Below are positions 27,759 through 33,532 of a stretch of 33,532 nucleotides of DNA, piece after piece. The notes below the pieces were generated by a model. The model did not search any database. It was not told the DNA's origin and saw only the letters and a list, made by a program, of their open reading frames with translations. Source of the stretch: a virus (taxonomy: Duplodnaviria > Caudoviricetes); the IMG/VR virus record IMGVR_UViG_3300020306_000011, positions 1 to 33,532 of that record. One strand, 5' to 3'. The position numbers were made by a program, and so were the translations under genes. How positions within the stretch are numbered: the first letter of the stretch is position 1; each line of letters starts with the position of its first letter.

Positions 27759-28534
27759 TATAAGAACCTACTATAGTAACCAATTCCACCAGTAGAACCA
27801 GTAATTAATGATCTGCGTCCTGCGCCACCTCTACGTCCTGAGCCTGCTTGCCGAGACTGCACATTTAACTCACGTTCTGTTCCAGAAAGAACTCTCCTAC
27901 CAGATCCAACCTCTGCGGTTCTCTCAATCCTACGTCTAAGTAAAGATTGTTTTTCTCTAGCTCTTTTTATTCTTTGCCTTCTTAATTCTTCTGCGGCTAA
28001 TTTTTCTTGATCTGAAATAGCATCTTCGGGGTCGCGTGTATAAATACTTTCTGCCGTAACAGATGTTCCACCAATAGTTCCACCTTCTGCTGTAGTTGTA
28101 TCATTACCACCAGTAGTAGTTGTTGTTGTGGTGGTGGTTGTCGTATCATCACCACCAGTAGTAGTTGTATCATCACCACCAGTTGTAGAACTACTGCCCC
28201 CTTTCTTTTTCCTACGAGCTTTCATATCTTCGAGCGCTTTTTGAGAAGCAGCTTGTCGTTTTCCTAAATCACGATAATACGCTGTATTTTTTGCTTTGAG
28301 TCCGAGATCCATCTTAAGATCATCAAGCGCACTATTTTTTTCTGCACTTGCAATTCTATCAAGACTTACATAACCACTTGAGCCTATTGCTCCTTTTGTT
28401 GAAGCAATCCCACTTTTTTTAGATTTTTTCTTTCGTCTTGTAATAAGGCTAGATCTTTTTTTAATTTGAGCAGATGTTCTTGTAGATTTAGTAGGTCCTT
28501 TGTCAGATCTACCAAACGTATCTCTAGGGGGCAT
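27758..28534 (-). CDS. Low-complexity basic virion protein upstream of portal
   Basis: K/R-rich ends, central GGDDTTTT repeats, GRRSLI near C-terminus; AGGAG RBS. Confidence 0.75.
   Translation of the reverse strand: MPPRDTFGRSDKGPTKSTRTSAQIKKRSSLITRRKKKSKKSGIASTKGAIGSSGYVSLDRIASAEKNSALDDLKMDLGLKAKNTAYYRDLGKRQAASQKALEDMKARRKKKGGSSSTTGGDDTTTTGGDDTTTTTTTTTTTGGNDTTTAEGGTIGGTSVTAESIYTRDPEDAISDQEKLAAEELRRQRIKRAREKQSLLRRRIERTAEVGSGRRVLSGTERELNVQSRQAGSGRRGGAGRRSLITGSTGGIGYYSRFL
28091..28187. repeat. Imperfect coding tandem repeat (GG-D/N-D-Tn, three units) with Thr-codon runs
   Basis: GTATCATYACCACCAGT occurs three times, separated by GTA/GTT/GTG triplet runs. Confidence 0.85.
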
Positions 28535-28564
28535 ACTACAATCTCCTTATTCAAAACCAATATA

Positions 28565-28603
28565 TCTTGCTAAACACAAAATAAAATAAAATTCAACGCA
28601 CAA
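28565..28603 (-). promoter_or_regulatory. Candidate late promoter with TTGTGCGTTG motif overlapping terL stop codon
   Basis: Minus strand TTGTGCG-TTGAAT then T-rich spacer and TGTTTAG, as at the capsid site. Confidence 0.6.
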
Positions 28604-30122
28604 ATGACCAGACGTTTTGTTTCCTAGATGCATTTTTAGGCTGTCTACTAAATACATCAAAGTCTTTTCTTGCATTAACAACCCTTGATTGTTGTTGATT
28701 AGACATCAAAGCGCGGCCTTCACCTGCACCTAGAAGTAAATATTGTAGCGCATCATGTATGTGAGAATACATATTTTTATCAGGTTTATCTGCATATCTC
28801 TCGCCACTTACTTCCATACGTTTGTAAGCATAGCCACCTTCAAACCCTTTAATAAGTTGTTGGCATCTTCTATCCATTAAAAACGCAGGTTTACCTTCAA
28901 CCATTTTGTTAAGTTGTTGCGCCACTGATTCCAAGCGAAGATCCACAGAATTGCTTGGGGCGGGAAATGCGCGTAGACCAGCACCTCTAAGTATGTGAAA
29001 AGGGGTAGATTCGTCCGTTTGCGCCCTAAAATCCCCTGCTGGATCACCATATATATAGACATCGGAAGCTTGAGAAAAACGAGTAGCGATTTCATTTCTT
29101 AGTACCTCTGCAAATCTAACAATGCCCATATCAAAAGCAACTACCTCGGATTGAATTAGCCACCTGTTTCTTACCTTTTGACCTATAACAGCCGCAGGGG
29201 TAAGTCCAAAATCTATACCAATATACAAAGGTAATCCTGCCGCTACTGGTATTTCTTCTCTAGCAATATGTGTTTCACTTGCAAACATAGGATATACTGG
29301 CTTCCCATCTTGGATAGTGCCTAACTTGTTCATAACGTAAACATCAATCCATGATTTAGTCTTACCTTGAATAAGGTTTGGATAATATGACTTCATCATA
29401 TTCTTTTTGTTCTCAGCTACGTCCGAAGGTAAATAATCTTCTACTTCTCCATCCTCATTGTATATTTCTTTCATACCAGATGGTTGAGTAAAGAACTGCC
29501 AGTTATCAGGCTTGACCAACATCTTGGCTTGTTCTCTAGGAATATGATCTGGTATTGGAACCTCACCCGACATGATAGGCCACCAATGATCTTCCTCGGG
29601 TGCGTTAGTATCTGCAATAACTCCTGTCCAACTTGGACCACCATCACGCATAGATGGATACCTGCCTACCCTCATAGTACAAGCATCAATAATACTTTTA
29701 GGAATCTCCCTTGCCTCATTAATCCAGATGCCTGTTAGTTCGAGGGACAATAATTTTTTAACATCTTCTGGACGATCAAGTGCAAGGAAGATCACCTCAA
29801 GGTCTATATTGCCTTTCTTTATGTGGTGAGTATAAGGCACAGACCAAGTAAATTTTCCCCATTCAGACTCTGGAAACCAATCAAGCCACGTTTTTATTGT
29901 GGTTGTTCTAAGTTGTGGGTTTGTATTTCTTATAATAGCCCATCGACTTTTGCGTATTCCTTCTTGAGTTTTTGCTTGGGAAAGCGCACGTCTAAATACT
30001 TCAACACAACAACTTACAGATTTGCCAGAACCAACAGGGCCACGAATACCACGAAAGAAAGTATTGTCTTTCATAAATTGTTTGAGAACTTCACCGTCTG
30101 GTTTGTATGCAAAGTTTATCAA
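28593..30122 (-). CDS. terL: Terminase large subunit
   Basis: Walker A GPVGSGKS, Walker B-like IWINEA, DTN coupling motif, nuclease GIDFG, GDPAG, SH-x-HDALQY. Confidence 0.96.
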   Translation of the reverse strand: MINFAYKPDGEVLKQFMKDNTFFRGIRGPVGSGKSVSCCVEVFRRALSQAKTQEGIRKSRWAIIRNTNPQLRTTTIKTWLDWFPESEWGKFTWSVPYTHHIKKGNIDLEVIFLALDRPEDVKKLLSLELTGIWINEAREIPKSIIDACTMRVGRYPSMRDGGPSWTGVIADTNAPEEDHWWPIMSGEVPIPDHIPREQAKMLVKPDNWQFFTQPSGMKEIYNEDGEVEDYLPSDVAENKKNMMKSYYPNLIQGKTKSWIDVYVMNKLGTIQDGKPVYPMFASETHIAREEIPVAAGLPLYIGIDFGLTPAAVIGQKVRNRWLIQSEVVAFDMGIVRFAEVLRNEIATRFSQASDVYIYGDPAGDFRAQTDESTPFHILRGAGLRAFPAPSNSVDLRLESVAQQLNKMVEGKPAFLMDRRCQQLIKGFEGGYAYKRMEVSGERYADKPDKNMYSHIHDALQYLLLGAGEGRALMSNQQQSRVVNARKDFDVFSRQPKNASRKQNVWSFVR

Positions 30123-30319
30123 CGCAAACCCTTATCTACTCCAAACTTAATCATTCTCTCAGCAACCTCTGGACCAATGCTCTCAATCAACATATCGCAT
30201 TGTTGATTAGTTGCGAGTCCTTTTGCTTCTACACTAGCCAGATGAACCTTGCGAACTATGCCGCGCAATAAATCTAAATCCTGTTGCGACAATGTACTTA
30301 TAAAATTACTAGGTAACAA
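30119..30319 (-). CDS. Hypothetical protein, ~66 aa
   Basis: Overlaps terL start; exact start uncertain. Confidence 0.65.
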   Translation of the reverse strand: MLPSNFISTLSQQDLDLLRGIVRKVHLASVEAKGLATNQQCDMLIESIGPEVAERMIKFGVDKGLR

Positions 30320-30321
30320 AA

Positions 30322-30549
30322 TTAACTTTTTTTGCTGTTTTCTTTTGGTTGTTCATATGCTTCATTAACATCTGGTGTAGAAGGGTCATCGCCTTTTAAC
30401 TGTCCGTTGGAGCGTCTCGCACGTTTAGGTTCTGCCCCTTCCACCAAGCGACGAGATTCGGAGGTTCTTGTCTTGCCGCTATACGTTGTTCCTGCAAGCT
30501 CATGAGTCTCGCCAGTATACAATTCACCACTTGTAAAATACCAAGCCAT
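30322..30549 (-). CDS. Small phage protein with RAR...G...DDPSTPDVNEA motif
   Basis: Motif I recognise as recurrent in small phage proteins near packaging genes. Confidence 0.75.
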   Translation of the reverse strand: MAWYFTSGELYTGETHELAGTTYSGKTRTSESRRLVEGAEPKRARRSNGQLKGDDPSTPDVNEAYEQPKENSKKS

Positions 30550-30550
30550 A

Positions 30551-30676
30551 TTAATAACTTCTCGACATAAGGCTTTTTTTAGATTTCATTGGTTTTTTCT
30601 TTTGCTCCTGTGTTTTCTTAGCAGCAGCTATTCCCTTTTTGGTATATGGGAACTTCTTTCCATTAACATTAGGCAT
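30551..30676 (-). CDS. Lys-rich peptide, 41 aa (MPNVNGKKFPYTKKGIAAAKK...), not in ORF track
   Basis: AGGAG RBS; fills gap; GKKFPYT-x-x-G-x-x-AAK motif. Confidence 0.8.
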   Translation of the reverse strand: MPNVNGKKFPYTKKGIAAAKKTQEQKKKPMKSKKSLMSRSY

Positions 30677-30908
30677 TTCTATATCTCCTTACCTTGTTAG
30701 CAATCTTTTTCGGTTGAGCCACAAACTGTTTACCCTTTGCCTTACCCTCTCGTTTGGCTCTGGTTGTAGCGCGATACTCAGCATCACTAAGAGCAGCGAT
30801 AGCCTTAGAAGGAAGGTAGCGTTCACCAGTTTCGCTAGACTTCTTACCAGACTTAGTTCTCCACTTCTGTTTGCCCCAGTTTAGTAATGATCGTTGTGTT
30901 GCTTTCAC
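30669..30908 (-). CDS. Basic protein, C-terminal half of a DUF5872-like protein
   Basis: Q-x-SL-x-x-W-x-KQKW-x-TKSGK...GERYLP...KGKQFV-x-QP; GTG start coupled by TAGTG. Confidence 0.8.
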   Translation of the reverse strand: MKATQRSLLNWGKQKWRTKSGKKSSETGERYLPSKAIAALSDAEYRATTRAKREGKAKGKQFVAQPKKIANKVRRYRNA

Positions 30909-31072
30909 TATGAACCAACCTGTTGTTGCGCTTTCTTATGAGCAGCAGAAAAAGTAGTCCCACCCTTCATAAGCCTTTTCATTAGAGACATATGCTTCTT
31001 TGTATGATGCTTACTATGCTTTTCTAATGTTTTCTTTTGTCTTTTGCTTAGAGCATTACCTACACTCTTCAT
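30908..31072 (-). CDS. His/Lys-rich peptide, 54 aa (MKSVGNALSKRQKKTLEKHSKHHTKKHM...FSAAHKKAQ...), not in ORF track
   Basis: ATGA overlap upstream and TAGTG overlap downstream; GAGG RBS. Confidence 0.8.
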   Translation of the reverse strand: MKSVGNALSKRQKKTLEKHSKHHTKKHMSLMKRLMKGGTTFSAAHKKAQQQVGS

Positions 31073-31242
31073 GATTTATACCCCCCACCTCTGGCCTTGT
31101 AAGTCTTGGCAAGCAACTGAGCCTTTCGAGCCGACCATTGTCCTGCCGCAGTTCCGTGAGTAGCTCTTGCCTTAATCGAGTTAAATAAACTCTTACGCAA
31201 TTTTGGTTTTGTATAAACATTTGCTTTGTTTACTGTGCTCAT
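31069..31242 (-). CDS. Basic peptide, 57 aa, N-terminal half of a DUF5872-like protein, not in ORF track
   Basis: YTKP-x-LR...GQWSARKAQLLAK-x-YK-x-x-GGGYK; ATGA overlaps at both ends. Confidence 0.82.
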   Translation of the reverse strand: MSTVNKANVYTKPKLRKSLFNSIKARATHGTAAGQWSARKAQLLAKTYKARGGGYKS

Positions 31243-31514
31243 GGAAACATCCCTTCATCTGGGTCAGGCATATCCATTACCCTATTATTTAAGAAATGCC
31301 ATCGTTTCAAGAGTTTTTCTTTCTCAGGTGTCATATCACTCGGCCCACTTATCTCAGCGTTGCCAGTAACAAAGTCATACAGCTTACTAAAAAAACTCTT
31401 TGGCTGTGGCTCAGGATTTAACTTCTTTTCAATATCCTCAAGCTCTTTGATGTACTTGTCCCTAAGTTTTAATTGCACACCACGATTAACTAAACTCTGG
31501 CTTTTCTTCTTCAT
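31239..31514 (-). CDS. Hypothetical protein, 91 aa
   Basis: ATGA coupling on both sides. Confidence 0.7.
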   Translation of the reverse strand: MKKKSQSLVNRGVQLKLRDKYIKELEDIEKKLNPEPQPKSFFSKLYDFVTGNAEISGPSDMTPEKEKLLKRWHFLNNRVMDMPDPDEGMFP

Positions 31515-31780
31515 GTCTTTTTATGCCTCGCTGCAAATGATCTGGCTGCCGCAACACTGCCAAAGCCCCACTTCTTTAATGCCAAAGCTTTTCTCGTAGG
31601 TCTACCCTTTTCATCTTTCATTGGACCTTTCATCCCTGCAAACCTCGCAGCAAAAGATACACGTCTAGGGTTTGTGCCTTTAGGAACAGGCTTCTTTAAA
31701 TTAGCGCCCTCTTTCCTCTTAAAATATCTTCGCCCTGCTTCCGTTAAACCACCTGATGGACTCTTGTGTATCTTCCTCAT
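31511..31780 (-). CDS. Basic protein (DUF6321-like)
   Basis: K-x-P-x-GGL-x-x-x-GR...NLK-x-P...RR-x-SF-x-AR...G-x-PTR-x-ALAL-x-x-W. Confidence 0.78.
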   Translation of the reverse strand: MRKIHKSPSGGLTEAGRRYFKRKEGANLKKPVPKGTNPRRVSFAARFAGMKGPMKDEKGRPTRKALALKKWGFGSVAAARSFAARHKKT

Positions 31781-31897
31781 TACATCGGACCTTTCTAGGT
31801 AAAAATATTTTTTGGGATTGCTTATAAACCTTTTTAGAAAAAAATGCTAGTGGTAGACTACTTGCAACTATTGCAACCTAAGTTTTTATCCCCCCCC

Positions 31898-32072
31898 ATA
31901 GCTAGCTGAGTGTCAAGTCAGCCGCTATACCCTATGGCATTTTTGCGTCAGTCGGAAATGCCAGAATACCTGTGGACGCAAGTCCTCAATTTAAGAACGG
32001 ATCTCTCAGCAATGATCAATGGCTATGCCCTCCTCAATACTTGAGGTTTCGTCGGGCCTAGGTCATTGATCA
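31898..32072. ncRNA. Candidate structured RNA/DNA element downstream of terS
   Basis: Three successive stem-loops plus a possible pseudoknot; GC-richer than flanks; no ORF of 60 aa or more in the track. Confidence 0.5.
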
Positions 32073-32447
32073 GGACAGATCTATAGATACCTGAATGTCT
32101 CCTGCAACCTGAACCTGTGATCTATCAATAGGCTTGTATCCTGCTCGGTCCAGTAAATCCTTCGCTGCCTCAAGCTGAACATACTCTGATTTGGCGTCAG
32201 ATACCAAAGACCTCAGTCTCCCTGCTGCAATCGTAGCACTGAGTCCGAATTGCTCATTCATTCTTTGCATCATATATTGTTGCACATGTGGGAGCTTCAA
32301 TGCCTTGCTTGCACTTACTCTTCCGCTTTCGCCTTTAGAATATCCTGCCAGCTCCGCAGCCTTTTTGATACTGCACCCATTTGCTACGAGGGTATCAACC
32401 AAAGCTGTTTGTTTCTCGGTCAGTTTTCTATCTGTGAGTGCATCCAT
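32070..32447 (-). CDS. terS: Terminase small subunit
   Basis: LT-x-KQ...AA-x-x-AGYS...A-x-x-x-L-x-x-P-x-V HTH; AA-x-DLLDRAG; C-terminal beta-strand. Confidence 0.85.
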   Translation of the reverse strand: MDALTDRKLTEKQTALVDTLVANGCSIKKAAELAGYSKGESGRVSASKALKLPHVQQYMMQRMNEQFGLSATIAAGRLRSLVSDAKSEYVQLEAAKDLLDRAGYKPIDRSQVQVAGDIQVSIDLS

Positions 32448-32577
32448 TTCTCAACCAATCTTGTCTTTGTTTATATATATATTGCGTGTTTGTTTGCAGG
32501 CATAGGTGGTTGCCCCCCTCTTAATCTCCCCCCATTACTGCCCGATTTGTCAACAGTCTGTAAAGATGGTTTTAAAA

Positions 32578-32592
32578 GTGACGTGGCGTCAC
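32578..32592. promoter_or_regulatory. Inverted repeat GTGACG-TGG-CGTCAC in the divergent control region
   Basis: Perfect 6 bp arms between terS and the first early gene. Confidence 0.45.
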
Positions 32593-32618
32593 ATTATTCT
32601 AGAGCATGTAAACAGTTC

Positions 32619-32650
32619 TTGTATTACTGCATATATGCAGCTAGTATAGT
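32619..32650 (+). promoter_or_regulatory. Early promoter with perfect palindromic operator CTGCATATATGCAG (32627-32640)
   Basis: TTGTAT-N17-TAGTAT with the palindrome in the spacer; near-identical to 1723..1744. Confidence 0.7.
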
Positions 32651-32674
32651 CTTGTAAAAGATGGAGGATTTACA

Positions 32675-32884
32675 ATGCGTTTAAATAATAGGTTAGATAA
32701 ACTTTATGAAATGTTAATTAATTGTGATGTAGCAATCCATGAGTTGAACCAAGACATTGACAATATGTATTTACCTGATGATCCAGAAAAAGCAAAAGAA
32801 ATAGAAAAAAGATCACTTGAGGTAAAAAGCATTGATGCAGAGTTTCAAAGAATAATGAGAATTGCAGACAATTGGTATATTTAG
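32675..32884 (+). CDS. Hypothetical early protein, 69 aa
   Basis: GGAGG RBS; helical acidic peptide; first gene of + strand arm. Confidence 0.75.
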   Translation: MRLNNRLDKLYEMLINCDVAIHELNQDIDNMYLPDDPEKAKEIEKRSLEVKSIDAEFQRIMRIADNWYI

Positions 32885-32901
32885 AATTATAATAATTGTT
32901 C

Positions 32902-33532
32902 AAAAAAGGAGAAGGTAAAATGAACAAGAAGCAAGAAGTTATGATAGAAATATCAAACAAAGTAATTGGTATGATGAAAGACCACGGTGTTAAATGGTCA
33001 ACGCCTTGGGTTAAAGCAGTAAGAGAAACTGGACAGCCAGTCAGTGCAAAGAACCGAGAATACACAGGGATCAACAGAATAAATCTATCACTGCATATTT
33101 TAGAGCGTGATTATACTTCTCCAGTGTTTGCAACATTCAAGCAATGGAAAAGCTTGGGAGCAAATCTTGTTGATGCCAAAGGTAAAGGGATCAAAGTATT
33201 TTTCTTTACAACTACAATGGTTGAAAGCAAAGAAAACAAGGACCGCAAAATAGCTGTTCCATGTTTTAAAGTTTACACTGTATTTAATGCGGATCACGTC
33301 GAGGGGTGGGATGGTAAATGGTTAGAAGATGAACAGGAAGAGCTTACCCAAGATTGGAAAAACTTATATGATGTTGATGAACTTATTGCTCAAACTGGTG
33401 CAGTAATCAAAGAACACAACTCTAATCAAGCGTTTTATTCTCCGTCATTAGACAAAATTAATATGCCAAGTAGAGCACAATTCAAAGATGCTCAAGGATT
33501 TTATGGTACACTATTCCATGAACTAATTCACT
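32902..33532 (+). repeat. Right copy of 631 bp imperfect terminal direct repeat
   Basis: Same RBS and 5' two-thirds of the ArdC-like gene as 1..631. Confidence 0.97.
32920..33532 (+). CDS. ardC: ArdC-like protein, second allele, truncated by window end
   Basis: Open frame to the end; about 5 amino-acid differences from 19..631. Confidence 0.9.
   Translation, partial: MNKKQEVMIEISNKVIGMMKDHGVKWSTPWVKAVRETGQPVSAKNREYTGINRINLSLHILERDYTSPVFATFKQWKSLGANLVDAKGKGIKVFFFTTTMVESKENKDRKIAVPCFKVYTVFNADHVEGWDGKWLEDEQEELTQDWKNLYDVDELIAQTGAVIKEHNSNQAFYSPSLDKINMPSRAQFKDAQGFYGTLFHELIH

Larger units (their letters stand above)
1..33532. mobile_element. Near-complete or complete podovirus-type dsDNA phage genome (unit length ~32,901 bp)
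   Basis: Terminase, portal, scaffold, capsid, tail tubular, internal virion, tail fibre and lysis genes in one arm; recombination and regulatory genes in the other; both ends overlap; no host housekeeping genes. Confidence 0.96.

Noticed and set aside
31935-31985. HDV-like/theta ribozyme or c-di-GMP-I riboswitch (GGACGCAA resemblance)
   Set aside because: Only 6 nt lie between P2 and P1', too few for P3/L3; the GGCAAAC/GNRA P1 elements of the riboswitch are absent.
32000-32060. Hammerhead ribozyme (minus strand has GACGAAAC-stem and CTGAGAG)
   Set aside because: The stem after GAAA is followed by A rather than the required U-H, and no CUGANGA core is properly placed.
32191-33297. ORFs 32191..32505, 32250..32657 (+) and 32718..33074, 33100..33297 (-)
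   Set aside because: Antisense to better-supported genes (terS, first early gene, ardC) with atypical composition.

Overview
The window is essentially one complete ~32.9 kb tailed-phage genome with podovirus-type (short-tail) morphogenesis genes. Positions 1-631 recur at 32902-33532 as a ~94% identical copy. The + strand arm (32675 round to 5358) carries early genes: an ArdC-like antirestriction protein, small HTH and zinc-finger proteins, a PD-(D/E)XK resolvase, a YqaJ-like exonuclease, an ERF annealase and an SSB-like protein. The - strand arm (32447 to 5348) carries TerS, eight small mostly basic ORFs, TerL, portal, scaffold, major capsid, tail tubular A/B, three internal virion proteins, a multi-gene tail-fibre region and a holin/M15-peptidase lysis cassette. 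I recognise no DNA or RNA polymerase, primase, helicase, integrase, tRNA or CRISPR array. The layout recalls marine alphaproteobacterial podophages that lack replication enzymes (inference). The most interesting signals are non-coding: (i) a candidate small RNA whose loop is complementary to the Shine-Dalgarno regions of several early genes, (ii) a repeated palindromic operator CTGCA-N4-TGCAG, (iii) a late-promoter motif TTGTGCGTTG at three operon starts, (iv) a structured ~175 nt element with a possible pseudoknot after terS, and (v) a structured capsid leader. There is also an apparently split DUF5872-like gene. All family assignments come from motif recognition by eye, not database searches.
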